Shown: positions 1 through 10,137, numbered from the stretch's first letter. The stretch: 64,000 nucleotides of DNA from an uncultured archaeon (GCA_964644245.1 CAZXUR010000003.1:16585-80584), one strand, 5' to 3'. The notes: generated from the letters alone by a model not told the origin. Numbers and translations are program-made.

Positions 1-1182
1 CTTTATCCCTTCCAGCACCTCCAGGACCTTGCTTATGGTGTCCCGGTAGTGGACGAAAACTATGACCTTCTTTTCCCCGTCAGAGAACTCTTCCTCCAGG
101 ATTTCCTTGAGTTTTTCCATCTTGGGATGCTCGTAGCCCTGGTCCTCCAGTCTGTTGGTGAGGCTGATGGCCGCAGACATCTTGTCGTCCTCCAATATCC
201 TCTCCACTGCCTTGCCCTTCTGTTTTGACAACCGTTTGAAGTATTCGCGGAGAGTGTGCACGCCCTGTGCTTCCAGCAGTCCCAGCGCATGGTCTATCTT
301 TATGGCTTCTGATATCTTGGAAAGTCCCTTGAACAGCTTGTAACTCTTCCTCCCCCTCTTCAACTGCTTGGCGATGGAGCGCTGCTTGTAAACCAGTCCT
401 TTCTTGGTTATTTTGCTGGATTTGAACACTCCCAGTTTGTTCAGGTCCTTTATCCGTTCCTGATAGGACTTGCTCAGCAGTTCCTGTATCCTTTCCAGGG
501 GCTTTGGCAGTGACACTTTGACCGTATCCACGTCCAGGTCCTGTATGTAGGGCTTGACGTCCTTGTCCTTTTCCGTCCTTATGGCCACGTCTTCTATGAA
601 CAGATTCTTCTTGACCTCTTCTATGTGCGACTTCTCACCTCCCGGAGAGGCGGTCAGTGCGAGAATCAGTGGTTTTTCCGACTGGTCCATGTAGACCTTC
701 GCAATGTAGGGGTAGGCGTAGGCGCCCACCGAGTGATGGGCCTCGTCTATGACCAGCAGGCCGAATTTCTCCAGGCCCAGTCTCCTTTTCTTCAGGTCAT
801 TCCTTATGGTCTGAGGAGTGGCGAATATGGCGTCCCCCCGGCGGTACAACTTGACTCTCTTGCCGGGCCTCACCTCACCAGTGACTGTCACCAGTTCACT
901 GGGACCGATTTTCAAGAACTGGTCGAAGGTCTCCCGGTGCTGGTTGACCAGAGGCTTAGTGGGCGCCAGAAAGAGTATCTTTGATTCCATGTCTTTCTCC
1001 AGTACTTTAGCAGCGACCAGTGCCGCGAGGGGCGTCTTCCCCATGCCGGTGGGCAGACAGACAAGTGTATTCTTCCAGGTCTCCGCAATATTCTCGGCTA
1101 TGTCTACTTGATATTTCCTTTTTGTCAGAGTCTTGTCCCTAATCCAGGGGTGTTCTATGTACTCAGACGAAGGCATAGACAT
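1..1182 (-). CDS. hef: Hef/ERCC4-like DEAH-box helicase, N-terminal ~390 aa (gene continues past window start)
   Basis: Manual minus-strand translation from ATG at 1182/1176 (MSMPSSEYIEHPWIRDKTLTKRKYQVDIAENIAETWKNTLVCLPTGMGKT...) shows Walker A PTGMGKT and DEAH box LVIDEAHHS. There is no stop before position 1, so it is absent from the ORF track. Confidence 0.7.
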   Translation of the reverse strand, partial: MSMPSSEYIEHPWIRDKTLTKRKYQVDIAENIAETWKNTLVCLPTGMGKTPLAALVAAKVLEKDMESKILFLAPTKPLVNQHRETFDQFLKIGPSELVTVTGEVRPGKRVKLYRRGDAIFATPQTIRNDLKKRRLGLEKFGLLVIDEAHHSVGAYAYPYIAKVYMDQSEKPLILALTASPGGEKSHIEEVKKNLFIEDVAIRTEKDKDVKPYIQDLDVDTVKVSLPKPLERIQELLSKSYQERIKDLNKLGVFKSSKITKKGLVYKQRSIAKQLKRGRKSYKLFKGLSKISEAIKIDHALGLLEAQGVHTLREYFKRLSKQKGKAVERILEDDKMSAAISLTNRLEDQGYEHPKMEKLKEILEEEFSDGEKKVIVFVHYRDTISKVLEVLEGIK

Positions 1183-1273
1183 ATTTGGAGTCAAGTTTAA
1201 AATAGTTGAACAGAGATTTCCGCCTCCACCGAAACCCTTTTAAACCCTTGTCCCAGCATTAAAGCGTGGTAGC

Positions 1274-1615
1274 ATGGAAGAACTTGAGTACGGAAGGAAA
1301 GTCAAGATACTCGAAGGAGAAGACGGAGAGGTCAGAGGCCTCATACGTGGATATGACGAAGAAAGAGGAGTCCTCACAGTGAAAGCAGGGCAGTGGGAGA
1401 GAGGGCCGTATGGAGCTAGTTTCCCTCCTGAAGTATGCAAACAATACTTAGTACCAGAAGAGAAAATTCTTTCTATTGAGGGAGACGTGGTGGTCATAGA
1501 CAATCCCAAGGAGGTTGACGAGTCCCGCTACAAGAAAGACCTCCCAAACGTTGACGGAAAGGACAGGAGAAAGCAATCCGCCGGGAACGACAGGATGGAC
1601 ACCTATTGGTTCTGA
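1274..1615 (+). CDS. hypothetical small protein (113 aa)
   Basis: ORF divergent from the helicase and convergent with Trm11; no recognisable motif; codon usage consistent with neighbours. Confidence 0.4.
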   Translation: MEELEYGRKVKILEGEDGEVRGLIRGYDEERGVLTVKAGQWERGPYGASFPPEVCKQYLVPEEKILSIEGDVVVIDNPKEVDESRYKKDLPNVDGKDRRKQSAGNDRMDTYWF

Positions 1616-2572
1616 CTACTGAAGGACCAGGAACAGACGTGTCAGGGACTTGTGCACTCGCTCCTCGTACTTCTCAAGCACCTTGAAGTCGCTTTTCTCG
1701 ACTACGGACAAATGTTTTTTAGGCAAAACCACCACTGCCAGTTTTCCTTTCTTCAGGACTTTCCTGATTTGTTTCAAGGTTTTCTCATATAACTTTTCTA
1801 TGTCCTCGTCGAACAGTTTGGTCGAAACCCCATAAGGCAGGTCTACCACTACTGCGTCGAAGCGCTTCCTCCATGTCAAGTGCCTGGAATCCATCTTCCT
1901 CACCGTAGCATTTATTTTGTACTTGTTGAGGTTCTTCCTGGTCCCCTTGACCATCCGTTCGTCAAAGTCGCTTCCGTAGACCTCCACTCCGAGCTTTCCT
2001 GCCTCTATGAGAAACCCACCGGTCCCGCACATGGGGTCGAGCAGGCTCTCGTCCTCCCTGATTCTGGTCATATTGACCAGCGCTCTCGATAGCCTCGCCT
2101 TCATGCATATGGGTTTCTTGAAGGGCCTTTCGTCCGGCTCCCTGGGTGAGAACTGCTTCTGTGTGATGGAGAACATGTGACGGCCTATGAACGCTTCTCC
2201 GTCCCTCACGAAGACCTTGACCAGTGTTTTGGGTTTTTCCAAATCCACCGAAGGATTGTCCATTTTTTTCCAGATTTCATCCGCCACTTTCAGCTGGAGT
2301 TCGAAAGCGTCCGCCCTCACACAGTAAGGCTTTTTTACGGGCAGGTCGTTTTCCTTGACGAACTTAAGCAGATTTTTCTTCTTGCAATTTCCCCAGTACT
2401 CGCAGACCTCTTTCGTGTATGCAAGCCGTCTCAGGACTTTCTCATCCTTTACGTCAAATACAACCAAGTCACCCGCAACTTCAGTTATCCTTGACTCTGA
2501 CAGTTCCAACAACGCCTTCAACTCTCCCAACGCCAGTTCTGGCTTCTCTCCCGACAACTTTGCCAAATACAT
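1616..2572 (-). CDS. tRNA (guanine10-N2)-methyltransferase Trm11/Trm-G10 (THUMP + class I MTase)
   Basis: 318 aa; SAM-binding DPMCGTGGFLIEA and catalytic VVDLPYG motifs preceded by a THUMP-like N-domain. Confidence 0.8.
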   Translation of the reverse strand: MYLAKLSGEKPELALGELKALLELSESRITEVAGDLVVFDVKDEKVLRRLAYTKEVCEYWGNCKKKNLLKFVKENDLPVKKPYCVRADAFELQLKVADEIWKKMDNPSVDLEKPKTLVKVFVRDGEAFIGRHMFSITQKQFSPREPDERPFKKPICMKARLSRALVNMTRIREDESLLDPMCGTGGFLIEAGKLGVEVYGSDFDERMVKGTRKNLNKYKINATVRKMDSRHLTWRKRFDAVVVDLPYGVSTKLFDEDIEKLYEKTLKQIRKVLKKGKLAVVVLPKKHLSVVEKSDFKVLEKYEERVHKSLTRLFLVLQ

Positions 2573-2605
2573 GAATAGAATTGTGGATAATAAATTAATA
2601 TATGA

Positions 2606-3976
2606 GTGAGGACAAATCTAATCATGCATTCGAAGGTAGAGAAAAAGGTTCTGAAAAAGGTCAAACCAACTCCGAAAGAACAGGAAAAGATGGAGTCTTT
2701 CCGGTCAGACCTGCTGGAAGTGGCTGGGAAAGTGGCCAAGGGTTACAAGGCAAAGCCGATCATAGTCGGCTCCACCGGCAGGGGTACCTGGCTCAAGGGG
2801 AGTCATGACATCGACCTGTTCTTAGTCTTTCCCAGGAGCCTTTCCAGGAAGAAACTGGAGAAGAACGGGTTGGCCATGGGAAAGAAGATTGGCAAGAAGT
2901 TGAAGGCCAGGACAAAGGTCAAGTACGCAGAGCATCCTTACACACGACTGGATAAGAAGGGATTCGACGTGGATATAGTTCCCTGCTACAAGATGAAGCC
3001 CCAGCAGGACTTGAAATCCGCAGTGGACCGTTCGCCCCTGCACGCAAAATATTTGGAGAAGGAACTGGAGGAAGACATGAAGGACGAGGTGCGTCTTCTC
3101 AAGGCCTTTGCCAGGGGGCAGGGAATATACGGCTCTGACGCCAGGACACAAGGAATGTCCGGTTATCTGTGTGAACTTCTCGTCATCCGCTATGGGGATT
3201 TCAGGAGGACGCTCAAGCAGATTTCCAAGTGGAAGCCCCAGGTTTACATAGACCTGGAGGGATACTGGGAGAAGAGACCCGAGTTCAAGGGGCCCTTGGT
3301 GGTCATAGACCCGGTGGACCATGACAGGAACGTGGCTGCGGTAATGACCACGGAGAACTTCATGAAACTGGTTGAAACGGCAAAGAGTTATTTGGAAAAA
3401 CCTTCCCTCAAGTATTTCTTTCCCAGGAAGAAACCCATGACCTATAGGCAGTTCCTAAAACTTCTGAGAAGAGAAACCGTGTTCATTGCCCTGACATTCA
3501 AGAAGCCGGACGTGATAGAGGATATCCTTTGGCCTCAGATGAGGAAGGCGGCCCGGCGTCTGGAAGGGGTGATGAAGGACGAGGAGTTCAGGCCGGTCAA
3601 CCACCTGGTATGGGCGGACGGCAGATGCGTGTTATTCTTCGAACTGGAAGAGGACAGACTGCCCAAAATCAGGGAGCACCAGGGACCACCTGCCAATGTC
3701 CTCGACCGGAGCAAAGAATTCAGAAAAAAGTACAAAAAGTACGAGCCGCGCATAGAAGGTAAGAGATGGGTGGTGGACGTGCCCAGGAAGCACAGGACTG
3801 TAATGTCACTCCTCAAGAACTTCAAGAACCAATCCGTCAAAAAACTGAAGGAGCAGGGCGTCCCCAACTACATAGCACCGAAGTTCAAACGGGCCAGAAT
3901 ACTCAAGGGCCGGAAGATTTGGCCCTTCATCAAAAAGAATCCGGAGTTTGGACTGGATTTGAAGGACTACTACTAG
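2606..3976 (+). CDS. cca: CCA-adding enzyme (archaeal class I tRNA nucleotidyltransferase)
   Basis: 456 aa; GSTGRGTWLKGSHDIDLFLVFP nucleotidyltransferase motif typical of the archaeal CCA enzyme; likely true start at the second Met (2624). Confidence 0.9.
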   Translation: MRTNLIMHSKVEKKVLKKVKPTPKEQEKMESFRSDLLEVAGKVAKGYKAKPIIVGSTGRGTWLKGSHDIDLFLVFPRSLSRKKLEKNGLAMGKKIGKKLKARTKVKYAEHPYTRLDKKGFDVDIVPCYKMKPQQDLKSAVDRSPLHAKYLEKELEEDMKDEVRLLKAFARGQGIYGSDARTQGMSGYLCELLVIRYGDFRRTLKQISKWKPQVYIDLEGYWEKRPEFKGPLVVIDPVDHDRNVAAVMTTENFMKLVETAKSYLEKPSLKYFFPRKKPMTYRQFLKLLRRETVFIALTFKKPDVIEDILWPQMRKAARRLEGVMKDEEFRPVNHLVWADGRCVLFFELEEDRLPKIREHQGPPANVLDRSKEFRKKYKKYEPRIEGKRWVVDVPRKHRTVMSLLKNFKNQSVKKLKEQGVPNYIAPKFKRARILKGRKIWPFIKKNPEFGLDLKDYY

Positions 3977-4650
3977 CGTATGGCCGTGGGCAGGTTTTCT
4001 GAGGCTATGTCCTTGAATCTTTTCATTTCCTCGGGAGAGAAAGGCTTTGCGTTCCTCATCTTGTAGGAGGGCTCGAAGTATTGGAGGACCAGTTTCTTGC
4101 CTCCCTTCAAGGACTTTGCCACTTCCTCCACGTCTATGGCGGTCTGTATCCCTGGTATGGGAGTCATCGTAAACTCATAGTCATAATCTGAGTGGATGAG
4201 TTTGTAGACGGTCATGCCTATCTCGGTGGTGTCCACGCGCACCCCGCATATCTGGCTGTACTTGCCCGGTTTGAGCGGGGCTTTGATGTCCACCGAGGCA
4301 AAGTCCACCATGCCTATGCGGAGCAGGCGTTCCAAGTATTTTGGGAAGGAGCCATTTGTCTCGATTTTTATGGGCAGCCCCAGGCCCTTCACATCTCTCA
4401 AAAAGTCGTCCAGTTCGTGCATCAGGGGTTCCCCTCCGGTGACCACCACTCCCTCTATCTTGTTCCTGTTCCTGGCGATTCTGCTCAGGGCGTCATCCTC
4501 CTTTATGGTCGGGAGTTTGTGCCATTTGTGCACCAGTTTCCACTGGTTGCAGTGTATGCATGAGAAGTTGCACTCTGGGAGCAGGACTATCGAAGAAGGG
4601 CGATCCCAGTGGAGAGTTGACTTGTCTATCAGGCCGACTATCCTAGGCAT
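3973..4650 (-). CDS. radical SAM protein (PflA/NrdG/QueE-like activase family)
   Basis: 225 aa; CNFSCIHC (Cx3Cx2C) cluster motif and GGEPLM glycine-rich SAM motif. Confidence 0.7.
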   Translation of the reverse strand: MPRIVGLIDKSTLHWDRPSSIVLLPECNFSCIHCNQWKLVHKWHKLPTIKEDDALSRIARNRNKIEGVVVTGGEPLMHELDDFLRDVKGLGLPIKIETNGSFPKYLERLLRIGMVDFASVDIKAPLKPGKYSQICGVRVDTTEIGMTVYKLIHSDYDYEFTMTPIPGIQTAIDVEEVAKSLKGGKKLVLQYFEPSYKMRNAKPFSPEEMKRFKDIASENLPTAIR

Positions 4651-4707
4651 AAGAATTATTAGAAGTCAAACTTTTAATTTTAAACACACCGTACATTTGC
4701 AGTTGAA

Positions 4708-5091
4708 TCAATCAGAAGACCTGCTGATTCTTGCAAAGGATGGGCAAACTACTATCCAGTCGTCTGAAACTCCAGCGATGTCCCCGGAAACAGCTACGGT
4801 GGTCTTCCTGATTCTGGCGATGGCTCTTTTGAGCTCTCCTATGTCTTTCTCTTTCAGCTTGCCGATGTTCACCAGGACTATGTTCCCGTCTCGCAGTTTT
4901 CTCTGAACCTTGTCCGAGTCTGCATACTCCTCCATGGGAGCAACGGCTATCTGTATTTTTCCCCCTTTCTGTGCCTGAGCAGTTCCCTGGGGTGATTTCT
5001 TTGATGTGGGCTCAAATTCCAGTTCTATGTACTCTTCGTCTGGAGTGACTTCGCCAGAAACCTTATCCACGAGTTTGTCCAAAAAACTCAT
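4708..5091 (-). CDS. sepF: cell division protein SepF-like (DUF552)
   Basis: 127 aa; C-terminal IVLVNIGKL...AIARIRKTTVAVSGDIAGVSDDWIVVCP matches the SepF fold signature. Confidence 0.6.
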   Translation of the reverse strand: MSFLDKLVDKVSGEVTPDEEYIELEFEPTSKKSPQGTAQAQKGGKIQIAVAPMEEYADSDKVQRKLRDGNIVLVNIGKLKEKDIGELKRAIARIRKTTVAVSGDIAGVSDDWIVVCPSFARISRSSD

Positions 5092-5140
5092 CCATTATCA
5101 CCATCGGACTATACTTGTATAGAAAACTTAAATAGCTATC

Positions 5141-5410
5141 TTATTCCTTGTTCCTCTGGACCATTTCAAGCATTGAGACTATGTTCCACACCTGAGTTCG
5201 GGTGTATGTAGGGATGTTGGGGTCGTTGGAAATTTCGTCAAGAATGGATATGGCAGAGTTCATCTTCACCGTGAATTCCTCTTTTTCGTCCTTCAAATCC
5301 TTTATGGCCTGCTCTATGGACAGCCTTACGTTCCTGGGAACGGTCCTATCTTTCTGCACCTCTTCAAGTAGTTCCACGATGGGCTTCAGGTCTTTTTCCA
5401 TGCCAATCAC
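5141..5410 (-). CDS. UPF0147-family small archaeal protein
   Basis: 89 aa helical protein; TVPRNVR...SNDPNIPTYTRTQVWNI resembles the UPF0147 family; start abuts the DHH stop (operon). Confidence 0.5.
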   Translation of the reverse strand: MIGMEKDLKPIVELLEEVQKDRTVPRNVRLSIEQAIKDLKDEKEEFTVKMNSAISILDEISNDPNIPTYTRTQVWNIVSMLEMVQRNKE

Positions 5411-6385
5411 CTAGTCAGTAATCATGGTCAGTTTGGTACCCAACTTATTTGAAACTAACTGAAGGCACCTGTTCACTGACTCGTCCAGTTTTTCAACATC
5501 GGGCCCGTTGGCCGAACCGGCTGCGTCGTGACCACCGCCAGAGCCTCCTATCAGTTCACCGACTTCAGAAAAGACGTCCCTGGCAAGATTCATGTTGTTC
5601 TTTCCCAGGACCGCGGTGTTGGCTCTCCCTGATATGCGGATTTCCTTCCTTTTCTTGGCAGCTACTATGGAAACATCTGCTCCCAGCTTCAGGAGTCCCC
5701 TGGCAACTGCAGCCTCGTGGGATTTGACGTTGCAAGTGGCAATTAGCCATCTCCCGCCCTTGTAGACGTGTGTGTTGGTGATGGCCTTGAGCTTTGCAAC
5801 CTTTTCAGAATAGTCGGGCGGCACTGAAACCAGTGACATGACCCGTGAGAGTTTTGCCCCCGTTTCCATCAGATATACGATGTCCTTGAAAGTGTTCAGT
5901 TCAGCCAGCCTCAGGTGCTTGGTATCTGCCACTATGCCTGCCAGCATCAGCTTTGCCATCCTCTTGGTGACCTTTATTTTGTTCTCCTTGAGGATTTCGA
6001 GGAGCAGGTTGCAAGTGGATTTCTTCTTGGTGTCGATTCTCTTTTGGTCTGCATCCAGTTTGGAAGTCTCGTGGTGGTCTATGATTATCAGTTCTTTGGC
6101 CTTCTTTATTTTCACCGGCTTGATTTGCTCCGGGACTGCGGTGTCCAGGAGAAATACCGTGTCGTACTTGGTCACGTCCGGGTTCAGGTCAGCCCTCAGT
6201 CTCTGGGATGACAGCAACTTCTTGCCCTGCCTGGATATGGACTTGGGGATGCCCATGCGCGATTGTATGTGCAGCTTGCCCAGGGCGTAGAACAGGGCCA
6301 TGGAAGAGCATACTGCGTCTATGTCTGCGTTGTGGTGGGTCAAAATAAGAATTTTCTTTCCCTTAAACGACTTCAAATCAATCAT
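5411..6385 (-). CDS. DHH/DHHA1 phosphoesterase (NrnA-like)
   Basis: 324 aa; N-terminal HHNADIDA and DHH motif IIIDHHE, C-terminal DHHA1 GGSGGGHDAAGSA. Confidence 0.8.
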   Translation of the reverse strand: MIDLKSFKGKKILILTHHNADIDAVCSSMALFYALGKLHIQSRMGIPKSISRQGKKLLSSQRLRADLNPDVTKYDTVFLLDTAVPEQIKPVKIKKAKELIIIDHHETSKLDADQKRIDTKKKSTCNLLLEILKENKIKVTKRMAKLMLAGIVADTKHLRLAELNTFKDIVYLMETGAKLSRVMSLVSVPPDYSEKVAKLKAITNTHVYKGGRWLIATCNVKSHEAAVARGLLKLGADVSIVAAKKRKEIRISGRANTAVLGKNNMNLARDVFSEVGELIGGSGGGHDAAGSANGPDVEKLDESVNRCLQLVSNKLGTKLTMITD

Positions 6386-6397
6386 GATGCTGCCTCC

Positions 6398-6751
6398 TCA
6401 AGGGTTGTCGGCAGCTGGATTTTGAACGAGTTGAGAAACCTTCTTCTGGGTGTCTTGTAACTCACTTCTGGTCTTTTTCTCGTGTTTGCCCAGTTTCTTG
6501 CTCTGTAGTTCCAAAGTCTCCTTCCTTTCCTTCAATTCCTTGGTAAGAGACTTTTTCTCACTCTTGATCAAAATGGGCCCAACTGCTTTGAAAACCTCTT
6601 CTTTTTTCACCTTTCCTAGTTCTTCAAGGGCCTTATCTATCTCGGTCAACTGCAGATTAACACTCTGTTTCTGGGTCATGAGACTTTGCAACTGTTGTGT
6701 CTGCAGTTGGATTTTTTGCAAATAAGGCTGAGCCTCTTTTGGTATTTCCAT
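6398..6751 (-). CDS. pfdB: prefoldin beta subunit
   Basis: 117 aa coiled-coil protein with the VFKAVGPILIK beta-hairpin signature. Confidence 0.85.
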   Translation of the reverse strand: MEIPKEAQPYLQKIQLQTQQLQSLMTQKQSVNLQLTEIDKALEELGKVKKEEVFKAVGPILIKSEKKSLTKELKERKETLELQSKKLGKHEKKTRSELQDTQKKVSQLVQNPAADNP

Positions 6752-6837
6752 ATTATCCTAACTTAACTTAACAGAAGCTTTTTAATAGTTTTCTATGTTG
6801 GGTTAAACTATTTAAGCCTCGGAAGTCATAAAAAAGT

Positions 6838-7215
6838 ATGGAAAAGTTGTACCTTAAACAAGAAGGTAAAAGCGTTTGCAGGCAAATTCTATTGAATTCT
6901 GTGGATAAACGGCCAGAACAGACCCGAAATCTACTGGAGGCCCTGGGGCTTTCCGAAGATTCTCTTCGTAGAGAAGAGGAAGTTTGGCAAAGTGCTGTGG
7001 ACGACCCCTACTTCCAGCTCTTGAAGGACAACAGCGAAGAAATACCCATGACATCTGCTGAGCTGTCGGTGATTGCTGACCAGAACCGAGGACGGTACGG
7101 CTTTCAGGGGGAAATTACTCCATCAAAAATCTCATCGAATTTGATGCCACTCGTCAGGCAGGGCCTGATAGAAGTCGATAGAACAAGAAGACCTCACGCG
7201 TATCAGTTCAAATAA
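6838..7215 (+). CDS. hypothetical protein, possible winged-helix (125 aa)
   Basis: ORF on the opposite strand between pfdB and rpoP; C-terminal LMPLVRQGLIEVDRTRRPHAYQ resembles a wHTH recognition helix/wing. Confidence 0.35.
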   Translation: MEKLYLKQEGKSVCRQILLNSVDKRPEQTRNLLEALGLSEDSLRREEEVWQSAVDDPYFQLLKDNSEEIPMTSAELSVIADQNRGRYGFQGEITPSKISSNLMPLVRQGLIEVDRTRRPHAYQFK

Positions 7216-7219
7216 TTTA

Positions 7220-7348
7220 CCTAGAGTTGACCTTCTTGGGAAACTCGGGACGCTTTTTAGCGATTATCCTGTACCCGCAGAACGGGCATATGATTTTGTT
7301 GCCTTCCAATTCTACTTCCTTCCCGCAATTAAGACATTTGTAAGCCAT
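7220..7348 (-). CDS. rpoP: DNA-directed RNA polymerase subunit P (RpoP/Rpb12)
   Basis: Manual translation MAYKCLNCGKEVELEGNKIICPFCGYRIIAKKRPEFPKKVNS (42 aa): CxxC...CxxC zinc ribbon typical of RpoP; below the ORF-track size cutoff. Confidence 0.8.
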
Positions 7349-7352
7349 ACAA

Positions 7353-7565
7353 TCACCTGAATTCATAGGCGCCGGAGGCGAAGCGTTTACCACACTTTCT
7401 GCACTCCCAGATGCCGTTTGACACCCTTTTCACCGTTTTTCTGGAGCAGGACGGGCATTTGTAGCGTTTCTTCGCTTTTGACTCTATCTTGTTCACCAAA
7501 TCTCTGGCTTTTTTCCCGTATCTGGGGCCGAAACGGCCCGACTTTCCTACTCTCTTTGTCCTCAT
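7353..7565 (-). CDS. rpl37ae: ribosomal protein L37Ae (eL43)
   Basis: 70 aa; CPSCSRKTVKRVSNGIWECRKCGKRFASGAY zinc ribbon. Confidence 0.9.
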   Translation of the reverse strand: MRTKRVGKSGRFGPRYGKKARDLVNKIESKAKKRYKCPSCSRKTVKRVSNGIWECRKCGKRFASGAYEFR

Positions 7566-7608
7566 GTTATCGCCTAAGTTATAGTGGTGGGAAAGGTTTA
7601 AATATAGT

Positions 7609-9474
7609 TTATCTCAGCCTCAACGTTTCCAGGGCTTTGGGAGCGGTGGTCTCCACACGCATCTTGTGGTGTATGCCCCTGGCCAGGTCCAGACACTTCT
7701 TCTTGTCCCCGTGGTTGACTATCACCTTTCTTGGCCTGGTTTTCAGGGACCTCACGAAGTTCATCAGTTGCTTGCGGTCCGAGTGTCCTGAAAGTCCGTG
7801 GACGGTCTCGATTTTGAGTTTCAACTTCACGGATTTAGTATGGCCTCTGCTGTTGCTGAGCGGGACCTCTTTCCATCCCTTCTGTATCCTGCTTCCCATA
7901 GTGCCTTCCGCCTGATAACCAACGAACATCAGACAGTTCTTCTCGTCCTCTGCGAAGTGCTTCAAATATTCCATGGCCGGTCCTCCCACCAGCATACCGC
8001 TTGTGGCTATGACCACGCAAGGGCTCTTGTCCTGTATGACTGAGTCCCTTTCCTTCTTGGAACCTATTCCCTTGAACTTATCTGAGAGCAGAGGATTCTC
8101 TCCCTTGTGCAATATGCGGTCCTTCAGGTCTTTGGCCAAGCATTCTGGATAGACGGTGTGTATTGCAGTGGCGTCCCAGACCATGCCGTCTATGTACATG
8201 GGGCAGTCTACGTCGCTGTTCGCGAGTATGGCCATCACTTCTTGTGCCCTGCCCACTGCGAACGATGGAATCAGTACCCGCCCACCATTTTTGATGGTGT
8301 CCATGGCAATTCTCACCAAATGCTTCTCCGACTCTTCCCTGGGAGGGAATCTGTCTCCCGAGCCTCCGTAGGTGCTTTCAGTGATTAAGGTTTCCACACG
8401 TGCGAAGTCAGTGGATGCCTTGTTCAGTAGAGCGGTCTTACCGTATTTGAAGTCTCCGGTGTACAGGACGTTGTGCAGTCCCTCACCTATGTGTATGTGC
8501 ACCAGAGCAGAACCAAGTATGTGTCCGGAGTTCTGGAGAGTCAGTCGCATGTCAGAAGTGATGTCAGTCACATCTCCATAGTCCAAAGCGATGGAGTGTT
8601 TTACCGCTTTCTTTATGCCTTTGGAGCTGTAAGGAGATTTCTTTTTCTCCCTCTGTGCTATGTCAACGTAGTCCAGTTGGAGCATGGACATCAAGTCCCT
8701 GGTGGGAGCGGTGGTGTACAACGGCCCTTTGTATCCCATCTCGTACAGAGCAGGTATGGCACCACAGTGGTCCAGGTGCGCGTGGGACAGTATGATTGCG
8801 TCTATGGATTGGAGGTCGAACTCAGGCACGTTCAGGTGGGGGAACGGGTCGCTGGTGAATCTCACACCGCAGTCCAGGAGGACGTTACTCTGAGGTGTCT
8901 GTAGCAGTATGCAGGAGCGTCCGACTTCCCTGAAGCCGCCCAGTCCGGTCAGTCTTATCCAGTCTATGTCCTTGCCTTTGCTGTATATCTTCTTCCCCAA
9001 CTTGTTCAGGAACTTCTTCCGGTAGGAGCTCTCCCTGTGTATGGTCTTCCTAATAGCTTTCACTATGCTTGAGTCCTTTATGGGGGCTCTTTTGACCTGT
9101 GGGGTCCAGGAGGTCTTCTTCTTTATCCTCTTTAACGTCTCCCCGCCCTTTCCTATGACCAGTCCGGGTTTCTCAGCGTGTATTATGACCTTTGAGAATC
9201 CCGGTTCAAAGTAAATCTCCTTGATTTCTGCCTCTTTGGGCACGATTTCACGTATGTCCTTCTTCGCGTCTTCCGGGTCCTTGACCATGGAAGGGTCCAT
9301 CCTGACGTCTATCCTTTTCTTGATTTTGTTGACTATCTTTTTGATTATGTAAGTGCCTGTGTTGAAGAAATCCTTGTTCTTCGTGTACAGGATTATCTCG
9401 CTTCCCTCATACATGATTTTGTCAATCATGGCGTTTTCAGGGAGATTTTCTTTAATATCTTTCATTACAGTCAT
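7609..9474 (-). CDS. fttA: aCPSF1/FttA (KH + metallo-beta-lactamase + beta-CASP ribonuclease, transcription termination factor)
   Basis: 621 aa; KH-like N-terminus, HAHLDHCG MBL motif, beta-CASP region; adjacent to psmB as in most archaea. Confidence 0.9.
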   Translation of the reverse strand: MTVMKDIKENLPENAMIDKIMYEGSEIILYTKNKDFFNTGTYIIKKIVNKIKKRIDVRMDPSMVKDPEDAKKDIREIVPKEAEIKEIYFEPGFSKVIIHAEKPGLVIGKGGETLKRIKKKTSWTPQVKRAPIKDSSIVKAIRKTIHRESSYRKKFLNKLGKKIYSKGKDIDWIRLTGLGGFREVGRSCILLQTPQSNVLLDCGVRFTSDPFPHLNVPEFDLQSIDAIILSHAHLDHCGAIPALYEMGYKGPLYTTAPTRDLMSMLQLDYVDIAQREKKKSPYSSKGIKKAVKHSIALDYGDVTDITSDMRLTLQNSGHILGSALVHIHIGEGLHNVLYTGDFKYGKTALLNKASTDFARVETLITESTYGGSGDRFPPREESEKHLVRIAMDTIKNGGRVLIPSFAVGRAQEVMAILANSDVDCPMYIDGMVWDATAIHTVYPECLAKDLKDRILHKGENPLLSDKFKGIGSKKERDSVIQDKSPCVVIATSGMLVGGPAMEYLKHFAEDEKNCLMFVGYQAEGTMGSRIQKGWKEVPLSNSRGHTKSVKLKLKIETVHGLSGHSDRKQLMNFVRSLKTRPRKVIVNHGDKKKCLDLARGIHHKMRVETTAPKALETLRLR

Positions 9475-9513
9475 AAATTCACCAAAATATACAGACCAAG
9501 ATGAATATTGCCT

Positions 9514-10137
9514 TCAGGAGGCAATTAGTTTCTTGACTTTATCCCCGGATACGAATTCAAATCCCTTGTCGGTTATCTTTGCCACCCAGATTTTCTTTCC
9601 ACCAGAGCCGGTGTCTCTTTCCCGGGCGGACTTTATGGCACGCACTGCCAGTTTTATTCCGTCTTCCACTTTCAAGTCTTCGCTGTAGCCATCATCGAGC
9701 ACTCCGTATGCGAAAGGGGAGCCAGAACCAGTGGTTATGTATTTGTCTTCCATGTTTGACCCCAGAGGTCCCAAGACCCGCACGTGCGGACCGTCCTCAT
9801 CGACCCCGCCAACTATCAGCTGCACGAGGTAGGGGAACATCTTCCGTGAAAATAGTATGTTCGAGAGCAGGTTGGAGGCAGCCTTTACGGTCATTTCTTC
9901 CCTCTCCAGCTTATACAAGGAGATTTCCGCCTTTATGAGGGAAGTAAGTGCCTGTGCATCTCCCACTCCTCCTGCGGTGGTCAGACCCATCTTTTCATCT
10001 ATCTGGAACACCTTTTCGGATTCCTTATGGACTACCATAGACCCCAATGTAGCCTTGGACTCAGACGCAAGTACTACTCCGTCTGCGCATTTCAGTCCTA
10101 GGGTGGTTGTTCCTGTCTTTACCGCTTCTTTATCCAT
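9514..10137 (-). CDS. psmB: proteasome subunit beta
   Basis: 207 aa; short propeptide then TGTTTLG with N-terminal Thr nucleophile. Confidence 0.9.
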   Translation of the reverse strand: MDKEAVKTGTTTLGLKCADGVVLASESKATLGSMVVHKESEKVFQIDEKMGLTTAGGVGDAQALTSLIKAEISLYKLEREEMTVKAASNLLSNILFSRKMFPYLVQLIVGGVDEDGPHVRVLGPLGSNMEDKYITTGSGSPFAYGVLDDGYSEDLKVEDGIKLAVRAIKSARERDTGSGGKKIWVAKITDKGFEFVSGDKVKKLIAS

